From Desulfosudaceae bacterium (GTDB lineage Bacteria > Desulfobacterota > Desulfobacteria > Desulfobacterales > Desulfosudaceae), in assembly GCA_963674745.2 (NCBI GenBank), contig CAXXDV010000001.1, positions 2,336,001-2,400,000 on the forward strand: 64,000 nt of DNA, read 5' to 3'. Position 1 is the stretch's first letter. Each line of letters opens with the position of its first letter. A program made the position numbers and the translations under genes. The notes under the pieces were generated by a model. That model saw nothing but the letters and a program-made list of their open reading frames with translations, was not told the DNA's origin and ran no database searches. Shown here piece by piece: positions 1 through 9,107 of the stretch.

Positions 1-84
1 GATGTTTATACCCGGTTGCAGATCAGCGAGCGTGTAGTCGGTGAAGATGCCGAAGCCGTCAATATGTATTTGTGTCAGACGCAT
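1..84 (-). CDS. YhaN-like AAA/SbcC-type ATPase, N-terminus only (runs off the window)
   Basis: The reverse strand from ATG at 84 reads MRLTQIHIDGFGIFTDYTLADLQPGINI, the typical I.GFG.F...L.PG.N start of AAA_27/YhaN proteins. It lies 5 bp downstream of a YhaO-like gene. Not in the ORF track. Confidence 0.75.
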   Translation of the reverse strand, partial: MRLTQIHIDGFGIFTDYTLADLQPGINI

Positions 85-89
85 AGTCG

Positions 90-1346
90 TTATTTGAAAA
101 AAAGATCAATCAATCTGCGCCGGGCCAGGGCTGTAATCTGCCGGCAATCATCATCATTTAATGGACGCGTTTCTTTCCGGATGGCATGGGTCGCGAATTC
201 TTCAGCCATGGACCGGATCAGCTCGGCCGAACTTTCCGGATTTTCGTAATACGCATTAATCCCTTTGAGAATATCCGCCGGGAAATCATTGCCTCCGGCG
301 ATGCTGTCCAGATCAATATCCGGAAGGGTTTGGGATTCAATCCGATCGATATGGAAAAAAGAGCCTAAAGAGAGAGATTCGTTCAACCACTGCGCCAGAT
401 CTTTCAACGCTTCTTCGCTGGTTAAATGGGAATGTAGTGACGTTCGTCCCGTTAAAACAAGTCGCACGATGCAGCCCGTCTGTTCCGGACCGGAAGTGCT
501 GTTGAAACCGGCTGACGCGATCATTTCCGGGATCCGATCCAGGGTGTCGACGCCGGTCAGGTCAACGGGTATTCTTTCGAACCGGACCGTACAGGTGGGA
601 ATAAACGTTATGTCCGGTTTCTGATCGGGGGCCAGGACGACCCGGCAGCAGCCCTTGAGACCGGTTTCGCCGAAGTCCCTTCCCTGAGGGTTGCCGGGAT
701 AAACAACAGCCGGGTCGGCGTCTCGAACCACCCGCTGGTTATGAATATGGCCCAGGGCCCAGTAATCAAAGCCTTTTTCCATGATATCATCTGCGGTAAA
801 AGGACCGTAAGGAAGGTGCGGCCCGGCCGGACCGATGGTACCATGGAGCAGACCGATGGAAAAACGGGCCGGCAGGTCTTTTCGTTGAAACAGGGCCGTG
901 GGGTTGTCGTTTCCGGAACGGCTGTCAAAACTGATACCGTGAATATCCACCAGGGGGTCTCCGTTTTTGGTGAAAGTTATCGTTTTCGGTTGCGAGCAAG
1001 GAAAACAATGGACATTGTCCGGTAATGCCAGTTCTTTCATCCAGGTCTCCTCGGGGTCATGGTTGCCGAACACCATGTAGACCGGAATCTGCGCCTGTGC
1101 CAGGCGCTGCAGTTCGTCGGCAAACCCCAGTTGTGCGGACAGGCTGCGTGATTCGCCGTCAAACGTATCACCGGCGATCAGCAGAAAATCGACCGGTTCC
1201 CGGAGGCAGCAATCCACGATTTGTCGGAAGGCCTGGAAAGTCGACTTTTTAAGGCGTTTGGCCAGGGTACTGTCGACTTCGGTCAGCCCTTTGAAAGGTG
1301 TGTCCAGATGGATGTCCGCCGTATGGATGAAGGTGACTTTCGGCAT
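90..1346 (-). CDS. Mre11/SbcD-family DNA repair exonuclease (YhaO-like metallophosphoesterase)
   Basis: Motifs HTADIHLD, AGDTFD, GNHD, LLHG, WALGHIH, YPGNPQGR. ATG 1346 is preferred over TTG 1382. Confidence 0.9.
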   Translation of the reverse strand: MPKVTFIHTADIHLDTPFKGLTEVDSTLAKRLKKSTFQAFRQIVDCCLREPVDFLLIAGDTFDGESRSLSAQLGFADELQRLAQAQIPVYMVFGNHDPEETWMKELALPDNVHCFPCSQPKTITFTKNGDPLVDIHGISFDSRSGNDNPTALFQRKDLPARFSIGLLHGTIGPAGPHLPYGPFTADDIMEKGFDYWALGHIHNQRVVRDADPAVVYPGNPQGRDFGETGLKGCCRVVLAPDQKPDITFIPTCTVRFERIPVDLTGVDTLDRIPEMIASAGFNSTSGPEQTGCIVRLVLTGRTSLHSHLTSEEALKDLAQWLNESLSLGSFFHIDRIESQTLPDIDLDSIAGGNDFPADILKGINAYYENPESSAELIRSMAEEFATHAIRKETRPLNDDDCRQITALARRRLIDLFFK

Positions 1347-1436
1347 AAACCCGGGCCTTTGCCTGATGGTTGTCCGGCTCAATTTTACCGGTTATGTGTC
1401 AGCATAGGGAAAAAAACGGGGAAGGTCAATGGCCGC

Positions 1437-1457
1437 AGGTTCAAGGTTCGGGGTTCA
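1437..1457. repeat. Short 7-bp tandem repeat (AGGTTCA/AGGTTCG/GGGTTCA)
   Basis: Three imperfect heptamers. The last one supplies the TGA stop of the methyltransferase on the minus strand. Confidence 0.45.
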
Positions 1458-2057
1458 TTCCTGAGGTCCTTCCAGCTTTAAGACATATGCCAGCCAGTCG
1501 TCTTTTGAATTTACGGCTGACTGGCTGCATGAGAAGTCCAGGACGGTCAGGCCAAGGTCCTGCCAGATACGCTCAAGCCGCTCTGTTTCCCAGAGATAAA
1601 AAACACGTCCGAATTGATCAGACGTTGTTTTTTGTCCCTGTTTAAGCGAGATGTAGGCAACACCGGAGCAAGCCAACGCCATCAGCATCCGCTTTAACAG
1701 GCCGGTCAGTCGTTCGTGAGGAACATGCACCAGTGAGCCGCAGGCCATGATGGCATTAACGCCAAAAACGGAAAAATCCAGGGTTTCAAAATCCCCGACA
1801 ATTACCTCGCATCCGGAATGGGCTCTGGCCAGTTGCGCCAGGCCCGGCGCCCGCTCAACACCCGTGGCCGTAAAACCGCGGTCCTTCAGCCACAGGAGGT
1901 CGCGGCCTGATCCACAGCCGATGTCTAAAACGGAGGCGCCTTTTCCCAGGTGACGAATAAACGGCGTCAGAAAAAGAGCGGGATCGACGGAAACCGTCCG
2001 TTTAAAATAATCCCGGTAACGGCTCTGGTAGAAGTCGGTTACACGCGCTTTTGACAT
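1455..2057 (-). CDS. Class I SAM-dependent methyltransferase
   Basis: VLDIGCGSGRD motif I, a GSLVHVP motif and YISLKQG. Confidence 0.9.
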   Translation of the reverse strand: MSKARVTDFYQSRYRDYFKRTVSVDPALFLTPFIRHLGKGASVLDIGCGSGRDLLWLKDRGFTATGVERAPGLAQLARAHSGCEVIVGDFETLDFSVFGVNAIMACGSLVHVPHERLTGLLKRMLMALACSGVAYISLKQGQKTTSDQFGRVFYLWETERLERIWQDLGLTVLDFSCSQSAVNSKDDWLAYVLKLEGPQE

Positions 2058-2089
2058 AATGTCTTCCTGTCGGCCATAAGGATGAATAA

Positions 2090-2512
2090 TTATTCTATCC
2101 GGGTGATTTTTTTGCGGTTGCGTTTTAAACGACTGCGATGTGTTTTTGTTTCCCTGAGACGCTTTCGGGAACCCGCGGTGGGCTTGGTCTTTCGCCGGGT
2201 TCTGGGTTTTTGAGCGGCCTTCTGAATCATTATCGCCAGGCGCAAGACGGCATCCTGACGGTTTCTGGACTGCTCCCGGAACTGCCGGGCATCGATAATC
2301 AGAACCCCCTCATCATTCATCCGTTTGCCGGCCAGTTTTGTCAACCGCTTGCGGACGCTTTCCGGCAAAGACGGCGACCGGCGGACGTCAAAGCGGAGCT
2401 GAACCGCCGAGGATACTTTATTGACGTTTTGCCCGCCCGGACCCGAGGCGCGAATAAACTTGAATGCCAATTCATTTTCGGGAATGGCGATCTGGTCGGT
2501 AACATGAATCAT
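2090..2512 (-). CDS. arfB: Alternative ribosome rescue peptidyl-tRNA hydrolase ArfB (YaeJ)
   Basis: RASGPGGQNVNKVSSAVQLRFD with the GGQ motif, and a basic C-terminal tail (RRKTKPT). Confidence 0.95.
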   Translation of the reverse strand: MIHVTDQIAIPENELAFKFIRASGPGGQNVNKVSSAVQLRFDVRRSPSLPESVRKRLTKLAGKRMNDEGVLIIDARQFREQSRNRQDAVLRLAIMIQKAAQKPRTRRKTKPTAGSRKRLRETKTHRSRLKRNRKKITRIE

Positions 2513-2643
2513 TAATTTATCAAAATAAATGACTTTTATTAAACCGTCAAATCGAATGAAATAAAGATTGACATGTAAATACCCCCTCCATAATACTGAT
2601 CACACAGAATCGTAACCAAGATAACCCAATTCCATGAGAGCCC

Positions 2644-4599
2644 ATGTCTGACAATGACGTTGAAAATACTGGCGAAGTGACCGTAAAAAGCCTTATCCGG
2701 TATTTTATGAAGCTGTATAAGGTACAACTGGGTGTCCCCAGAGACACGAATTCGAGAATCGCCTATGTAGAGCCCAGCCGGCAGTATCCCAAACTGATTA
2801 CCTACGATTTGTTCGTGGAGCAAAAAGGTGAAATGATATCCCGCCGGGTAACCGTCGGTCCCATTGCCGAAGATACCGGCAGCAAAAGCAGTTGTTTTTT
2901 AGCTATTTACGACAGCAAAATTGTTATTAAAATTCCGCCCACGCCGATCAGAGATTTTGATGAGTATATCAGTTGTATTGAGCGGGACAGACAAATCGTT
3001 GCTACCCTCGCCCCCCGGGAATGCCTGATCCCCGGCGTTTCCATGATTCTGGACAAAATTTATAAATTTCCGAGGATTAATAAATTACGGGGGAATGAGC
3101 GGGAGGACGCTTATTTTGAATGGTTGAACTTTAACCAGGAATACCAGTCGTACCTCAAGATAGAAGACAGTTTCGCTTTTTTCATGGATCTTTCCAAGCA
3201 TATGTTTCTATCGGATATTCTGTCCCTTTTTCACGGCCTGGAAACAAAAGTCCCGGAGGAGATCACCCGTGATCCCTCTATTCTGGAAAGCTTTGAAAAA
3301 TTTGAAGGTCGTTACGGCGTTGAAAATATCCATATCGGTGTAGACCTGAAAGAAGTTTATAAGAAATACGAAGGCCAGGCCTGCAGCCAGATGGCGAAAA
3401 CCAGTGCCGGTTCGTCCGATATGCTGTATAAACTTCAACAGTGGTTTTTCAGTTATATCAGCCGTCAGTCCTTGAAAAAAGAAGACAATGATATGGCTGA
3501 AACATATATACCCGGATTTAATGATTTAATGGCCAAAATCGTTGAAGAGAACAAAGATGTTCTGGAGCAGTACCGGTCCATGATTGTTCATTCCCTGAGG
3601 GTCAAACACTCTTTTCAGAACCGGCGTTTTAAAGAGGGGGTTGTGGCCAATATTCTTGAGATGCTGGCCGGTGTCAGGGGAAAAAACGTCGCCATCAGGG
3701 ACATCAAGCCTGATAATTTACTTATAACCGGAGATATGGACAATTATCCGGCCTTTCTGACCACGCCGGAACGGTTTTCCATCGGTTTGATAGATTTTGA
3801 AACATCCATCGTCTTTGATCCGGAAAACCAGCAGGAGATGGAACAGCCTTTTCTCGGGGGGACGTCATGGTATGCCACGCCGTTGAATATGTACAACAAT
3901 AAGGTCCTGCGGCTGTTTTATAAAGATATGCCCCGCTCGTATTATCTTCAGGACTGGTATTCGGTGGTGGCCATGATTTACCGGATAATTATCGGAGAGC
4001 ACCTGTTCCCAAAGACATCCAAGCTTTTTAAGGTGGCGGCTGGAAAGCTTCGGGAAGCCAAAAAGACCGGCCGGCCGGCGGAAGTCGTCGTAACTGAGAT
4101 AAACGATATATTCTGGAAAAACGCGGTCCGGGAATTTGAAGCCAACCTGGCAAAAAAGAAGGATGCCCTGCGGTTTTTACAGGCCATTTTGTGTGATTCC
4201 GCGCGTGACATGTTTTTAGAAGAGCTGGCGGCGGAAAATCATTCCAAAGATAAAGAGATCAAGCACCTGATCAATCAACAGACCCTGTTCAAGAGCCAGG
4301 GAAACAGGGAGCAGCTCTATATCGTTTCATCTGAACAGCTCGGCCATTTGATCAAAAAAGCCCAGGACAGCTCGGGCGGAGCTGCGGCTCAGTCTCTGGT
4401 AAAACCACTGGCCCAGCTCAAGACGATTCAGCAACTAAAAATGGACCTGGCGAGAAATCATGAGATTATGCATCGTCTTGAAATCGGCGGCTTTGATTTT
4501 ACCGTCTATGAGGTGCTGAAGATCATGTTTTACCGGGTTGTTTCTTTTATGAATATCAGGCCCCTGGATGAGGTGAAAAATTATGAGCCCGGCCAGTGA
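2644..4599 (+). CDS. Protein kinase-like protein with a large insertion
   Basis: IVIKIP, IRDIKPDNLL, LIDFE, GGTSWYATP and QDWYSV appear in kinase-subdomain order. Confidence 0.7.
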   Translation: MSDNDVENTGEVTVKSLIRYFMKLYKVQLGVPRDTNSRIAYVEPSRQYPKLITYDLFVEQKGEMISRRVTVGPIAEDTGSKSSCFLAIYDSKIVIKIPPTPIRDFDEYISCIERDRQIVATLAPRECLIPGVSMILDKIYKFPRINKLRGNEREDAYFEWLNFNQEYQSYLKIEDSFAFFMDLSKHMFLSDILSLFHGLETKVPEEITRDPSILESFEKFEGRYGVENIHIGVDLKEVYKKYEGQACSQMAKTSAGSSDMLYKLQQWFFSYISRQSLKKEDNDMAETYIPGFNDLMAKIVEENKDVLEQYRSMIVHSLRVKHSFQNRRFKEGVVANILEMLAGVRGKNVAIRDIKPDNLLITGDMDNYPAFLTTPERFSIGLIDFETSIVFDPENQQEMEQPFLGGTSWYATPLNMYNNKVLRLFYKDMPRSYYLQDWYSVVAMIYRIIIGEHLFPKTSKLFKVAAGKLREAKKTGRPAEVVVTEINDIFWKNAVREFEANLAKKKDALRFLQAILCDSARDMFLEELAAENHSKDKEIKHLINQQTLFKSQGNREQLYIVSSEQLGHLIKKAQDSSGGAAAQSLVKPLAQLKTIQQLKMDLARNHEIMHRLEIGGFDFTVYEVLKIMFYRVVSFMNIRPLDEVKNYEPGQ

Positions 4600-5215
4600 A
4601 CAGGCGCTCTCCATTCTGCGCGATCCCGGAAATATGCAGTGGTATGTAGTGCCGTTGCTGATTTTTGTCATTTACGCCTACGTGTCAGAGATTGAGCGAA
4701 AAAACTGGCCTGCGGTGGCGCTGGGCATCGCCTTCTGGGCCGGCGAATTTATCTGGGAAATGTTCAATGCCCTGGTATTGAAAATGAACGGCTGGGCACC
4801 CATGTGGATAACACCCGGCGGCAATTCCGCTTATGTGATTTATGTCGGCCTGAATATCGAAATCGCCTTCTTTTTTGCCGTGGCTGCCCTGCTGGTTCTC
4901 AAGGCCCTGCCGGCAGATCGTTCATTGAAAATTTTTGGTCTCCCCAACCGTCTGGTCATTCCGGTTTTGATGGGCCTGGCATCTGTGTTCGTGGAGGTGT
5001 TGTTAAACCGCGCCGGGTTGCTGGTATGGGATAATGTATGGTGGCAATGGCCGCACCTCTGGTTGATTGTGGTCGCCTATTGCCTGCCCTTTCTGGCCGT
5101 AACCTGGTGCCATGATCATCTGACACTGAAAACCAAGACCGTGGCCGCCGTCATCCTGCCTGTTCTGGCCGTGGTTTGTCACCTGATCTTTGCCACCTGG
5201 CTGAACTGGATTTGA
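4583..5215 (+). CDS. Integral membrane protein of unknown function
   Basis: About 6-7 hydrophobic segments, Trp-rich. Overlaps the upstream gene by 17 bp. Confidence 0.75.
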   Translation: MSPASEQALSILRDPGNMQWYVVPLLIFVIYAYVSEIERKNWPAVALGIAFWAGEFIWEMFNALVLKMNGWAPMWITPGGNSAYVIYVGLNIEIAFFFAVAALLVLKALPADRSLKIFGLPNRLVIPVLMGLASVFVEVLLNRAGLLVWDNVWWQWPHLWLIVVAYCLPFLAVTWCHDHLTLKTKTVAAVILPVLAVVCHLIFATWLNWI

Positions 5216-5219
5216 TATC

Positions 5220-6197
5220 CTAGAACATGCCTGCCATTTCGGGGACCAGGTTTTCAGGAACCCTGCCTTCGAGGGCGGCAATTACGTTTCGGGCCGCCAT
5301 AACGGCCATGGCGGAGCGGGTTTCCACGGTGGCCGAACCGATGTGCGGCAGCAGGACGACATTGTCCATGGCCATCAGCTCTTCGGTGACAGCCGGTTCG
5401 CGCTCGTATACATCAAGACCGGCGCCTTTGAGCCGACCGGAGGCAAGCGCTTCGGTCAGGGCGGTTTCATCGATCAGCTCTCCCCGGGCCGTGTTGATCA
5501 GGTACGTGCCGGTTTTCATCCTCTCAAATACCGATCGGTTAAAAAGGTAACGGGTCTCTTCGGTTAGCGGCGCATGGATGGAGATGACATCGGCCCGGGT
5601 CAGCAGTTCGTCAAAAGAACAGTAAACAGCCGACAGATGGTTTTCAGTTTTTTCGTCCAGCCGGCGGCGGTTGTGGTAAATGACGGACATGCCGAAGGCG
5701 CGGCATTTTTCCGCCAGGCTTTGACCGATTCTGCCCATGCCGACAATGCCCATGGTTTTGCCGGCCAGCTCGTCTCCGAGAAACAGCAGCGGGTCCCAGC
5801 CGATAAAACGTCCCTGCCGGGTGTACCGGTCGGAGGTCATGATACGGCGGGTCAGCGTGATCATCAGGGCAAAGGCCAGTTCGGCGGTGGCGTTGGTCAG
5901 CACCCCGGGTGTGTTGGTTACCATGACGCCTTTTTCCTGTGCCGCCCTGATGTCGATATTGTTATACCCCACAGCGTAATTCGCGATAATCTTCAATTGG
6001 TTTACCTGATCAAGCAATGCCTGGTCGATGCGGTCGGACAACAGGCAGACCAGGGCATCGGCTTTGCCGGCGCCCTGTATCAAGTCCTTTCGTTCAATCG
6101 GTGCCGGCTGTTGTGATACGGACACATGGAAACGGTCCCGGAGCAGGTTTAAGCCCGCTTCGGGGATGACGCGCGTAACAAAAACGGATTTTTTCAT
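5220..6197 (-). CDS. D-glycerate dehydrogenase/glyoxylate reductase (D-2-hydroxyacid dehydrogenase family)
   Basis: YAVGYNNID, VTNTPGVLT, GMGRIG, INTARG, LDVYEREP, LPHIGSAT. Confidence 0.93.
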   Translation of the reverse strand: MKKSVFVTRVIPEAGLNLLRDRFHVSVSQQPAPIERKDLIQGAGKADALVCLLSDRIDQALLDQVNQLKIIANYAVGYNNIDIRAAQEKGVMVTNTPGVLTNATAELAFALMITLTRRIMTSDRYTRQGRFIGWDPLLFLGDELAGKTMGIVGMGRIGQSLAEKCRAFGMSVIYHNRRRLDEKTENHLSAVYCSFDELLTRADVISIHAPLTEETRYLFNRSVFERMKTGTYLINTARGELIDETALTEALASGRLKGAGLDVYEREPAVTEELMAMDNVVLLPHIGSATVETRSAMAVMAARNVIAALEGRVPENLVPEMAGMF

Positions 6198-6386
6198 AAC
6201 GACACACGATGATTTTTAGTTCTGGTTAACCCCCGGCAACCATCCTGAGTGGTTTGCCCCGCTGCTTGCAACCACACGCTTTTATGTGTTACAAGTTGTC
6301 ATCGCGAAATTCGGCCGTTTTTATTAACTGGCTGATTTGTCAGACGATAAAGCCAAAACAGCAGATAACGGCCGGGCCATGACGGG

Positions 6387-7112
6387 ATGAACACGTTTAA
6401 AGATAACATGACTGGGAAAAAAATAAAAATCCGGATTGAAAAATACCGGAATTATACCTTCGGCTCATTGGTGCCCCTGGGCACCACTACCCTGGACAGG
6501 CTCATTGATATTTTTGAACATCCTTCGGCCCAAAAGACCAAACGCCTTGAAGGTCGGGCCGCGCCCCGATTCGCTGCTCTGCCCGAGTCCGGTCCGGTTG
6601 CGGTTAAATTTTTTAAACGTGGCGGTTGGCTGTCACGTTTTAACCGGGAACGATATTTGAGAACGTTTAAGACACGATCAAGAAAAGAGTTTGAATTTCT
6701 TTTTTTAGCGGCCGAAGCCGGTGTCCCGGTACCGGCTCCGGTGGCGTTTGCCAGTCGGGGCAGCCTGGTTTATAGAGCCTGGCTGATCACCGGCGCTATA
6801 AAAGAGGCCGTTCCCTTCGTACGACTCTGCCAGGACGAAAAAGACAAAGCCCTGGCACTGATGCCTGAAATTTCAAGTCATATCCGCGTTTTAATTCAAC
6901 AGGGCATTTTTCATGTGGACCTTCATCCCGGTAATATTATTGTCGGTAAAGATGATAAACCGTATATTATTGATTTTGACAAGGCCTGTCAGTGTTCTTT
7001 TACCGGACCAGAACTGGCTGCAAAATATCAGCGGCGGTGGATAAGAGCCGTTAGAAAATACAGCCTGCCGGATGTTTATGGGAATCTGGGTCTTACAGAG
7101 ATTGACAGCTAG
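6387..7112 (+). CDS. Kdo kinase-like LPS kinase (KdkA/WaaP/InaA family)
   Basis: VKFFKRGG, R..KEF, GVPVPAP, YRAWLIT, HVDLHPGNI, IIDFDK. Confidence 0.85.
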   Translation: MNTFKDNMTGKKIKIRIEKYRNYTFGSLVPLGTTTLDRLIDIFEHPSAQKTKRLEGRAAPRFAALPESGPVAVKFFKRGGWLSRFNRERYLRTFKTRSRKEFEFLFLAAEAGVPVPAPVAFASRGSLVYRAWLITGAIKEAVPFVRLCQDEKDKALALMPEISSHIRVLIQQGIFHVDLHPGNIIVGKDDKPYIIDFDKACQCSFTGPELAAKYQRRWIRAVRKYSLPDVYGNLGLTEIDS

Positions 7113-7174
7113 GTCCGGCCTTGTTATAGCTGTGGGCAAAATAATTTTCCTATTTTTTTAAGGGATTAGATAAA

Positions 7175-8119
7175 TTGCGAGGCAAAATTTCCGGTTTTAT
7201 CGCAGGTATTCCATATCGCCATGTCGCGGCGTTGGGAAGCATCGTCGGCCTGCTGATTTATTTTGTGGATGCCAGGCACCGGCGGATCGTCCGCCGGAAC
7301 CTGTCTTTTGCCTATCCGGATTGGACAAAAGCGCAGATTAAAGAAATGTCCGGCCGGGTTTTTCGGAACCTGGGCACGACCCTGATGGAGATCTGCCAGA
7401 TAACCTGCCTTTCCGGGGACGACATCATCAAAAGAGTGAACATCAAAGGGGAAGAACATCTCCGGGAGGCCCTGGAATATCACAAAGGCGTGGTGCTGGT
7501 GTCCGCCCACCTCGGAAACTGGGAAGTGGTACCCCTGTTCTGGCCGCTGTATTTCAAAACGCCGGTTGCCTTTGTGGCCCGGGAGCTTGAGAACAGGATC
7601 GTTGACCGGTGGGTTTGCCGTCTCAGAAGCCGGTTCGGCGGTGAAGTGATTTATAAAGAAACGGCCATGCCGGAAATGATTCGCGCCTTACGCGCGGATA
7701 AGGCGCTGGCCATATTGATCGACCAGGGCACAAAAAGTTCGCTGGGTGTAAAGATAACGTTTTTCGATAAATTCGTAACCGCCACATCCGGTGCATCCCT
7801 GCTGGCCATGCGTTGTAAAAGCCCGGTACTGCCCGGTTTCTGTATAAGGAATGGTGACGGTACCTTTACCCTGCACCTGAAAAAGCCCATGTTTCTGAAA
7901 CGAAGCGGTGACCTTCGCGCGGATTTGAAGGAAAATACGCAGATCATGACCGGCCTCATCGAACAAATGGTGAGGCAATACCCGGAACAATGGTTCTGGG
8001 TGCACAAGCGCTGGAGGAAGTATTATCCGCATCTTTATCCGGAAGACATTGCCAGGCGTAAAGCCCGGCGGGCGAAAAAAAACAGAAAACGGGAACGCGA
8101 AAGAGCCGTCAATCCATAG
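7175..8119 (+). CDS. Lipid A late (lauroyl/myristoyl) acyltransferase, LpxL/HtrB family
   Basis: SAHLGNWE, LIDQ, FFDK, YPEQWFWVHKRW. The start codon is uncertain (see findings). Confidence 0.9.
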   Translation: MRGKISGFIAGIPYRHVAALGSIVGLLIYFVDARHRRIVRRNLSFAYPDWTKAQIKEMSGRVFRNLGTTLMEICQITCLSGDDIIKRVNIKGEEHLREALEYHKGVVLVSAHLGNWEVVPLFWPLYFKTPVAFVARELENRIVDRWVCRLRSRFGGEVIYKETAMPEMIRALRADKALAILIDQGTKSSLGVKITFFDKFVTATSGASLLAMRCKSPVLPGFCIRNGDGTFTLHLKKPMFLKRSGDLRADLKENTQIMTGLIEQMVRQYPEQWFWVHKRWRKYYPHLYPEDIARRKARRAKKNRKRERERAVNP

Positions 8120-8136
8120 TGCCGAGGTTCAGTTAA

Positions 8137-9096
8137 ATGCCGACGACCCTGAAGGACTTAACCATTGTGATCGTTAACTGGAATACCAGGGAGCTGCTAT
8201 GCAGTTGCCTGAATTCGGTATACGGTTGCATCAAAAATATCAGTTTCGAAGTGTTTGTGGTGGATAACGCCTCCTCAGACGGGAGTGCGGAAGCGGTCCG
8301 GCAACGTTTTCCGCAGGCGCAGCTGGTTGTCAACCAGAAGAACGAGGGGTTTGCCAGGGCCAATAACCAGGTCCTGCGCCGGGTCAATACGCGATACGCG
8401 CTGCTTCTTAACTCGGATACCGAAGTGCTTCCCGGCGCCATCGAAGCCCTGGTTGCCTTTATGGATCAGCATCCGGCCGCGGGCGTGGTCGCCCCGCAAT
8501 ATCTTAATTCCGATGGTTCAAAACAGAACTCCTTTGAAAATTTTCCGGGTTTGATTTCGGAGTTGCTGAATAAAAGCCTGCTGAAAATGATTTTTCCGCA
8601 AAAGTATCCCAGCAAGCGCAAGACCTATCTCGATCCGTTGCCGGTCGATTCGGTAATCGGGGCCTGCATGATGGTGCGGACGGAAGCCATGGAAAAAGTG
8701 GGCTGCCTGGATGAAGACTATTTTTTCTTTCTGGAAGAAACGGACTGGTGTTATCGCATGCGCCGGGCGGGTTATGGCGTTTATCATTTACCACAGGCAC
8801 GGATTTATCATATCCAGGGTGCCAGCAAAGAGAAAGTACCCGCCCTGGCCTGGATCGAATACTACCGGTCCAGTTATCTTTTTTTCAAGAAAAACAGAAG
8901 CGGTTTTTCCTGGTTGGTTTTTCGTATGTTCCGTCCCGTAAAGCTGGGGATTAATTTTTTTCTGGCGTCGCTGGCAGTACTGCTGACGTTGGGCCGACAT
9001 GCGCGATCAAGGCGCAAGTGGGGCATTTACTCCCGGCTTTGCCTGTGGCACATTAAACTGTGCCCGGATAACATGGGGTTGAGGGCAAAACAATAG
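8137..9096 (+). CDS. GT2 glycosyltransferase (WbbL-like)
   Basis: IVIVNWNT, VVDNASSDGS, GFARANN, LLLNSD, GACMMVR, FFFLEETDWC. Confidence 0.92.
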   Translation: MPTTLKDLTIVIVNWNTRELLCSCLNSVYGCIKNISFEVFVVDNASSDGSAEAVRQRFPQAQLVVNQKNEGFARANNQVLRRVNTRYALLLNSDTEVLPGAIEALVAFMDQHPAAGVVAPQYLNSDGSKQNSFENFPGLISELLNKSLLKMIFPQKYPSKRKTYLDPLPVDSVIGACMMVRTEAMEKVGCLDEDYFFFLEETDWCYRMRRAGYGVYHLPQARIYHIQGASKEKVPALAWIEYYRSSYLFFKKNRSGFSWLVFRMFRPVKLGINFFLASLAVLLTLGRHARSRRKWGIYSRLCLWHIKLCPDNMGLRAKQ

Positions 9097-9107
9097 CCCG
9101 GGAATAA

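Noticed and set aside
1..2057. Nuclease/ATPase plus methyltransferase as a defence system
   Set aside because: The yhaO/yhaN-type pair is a widespread Mre11/Rad50-like module, and the methyltransferase lacks DNA-MTase motifs (DPPY/NPPY/PC). The ATPase is also truncated by the window edge.
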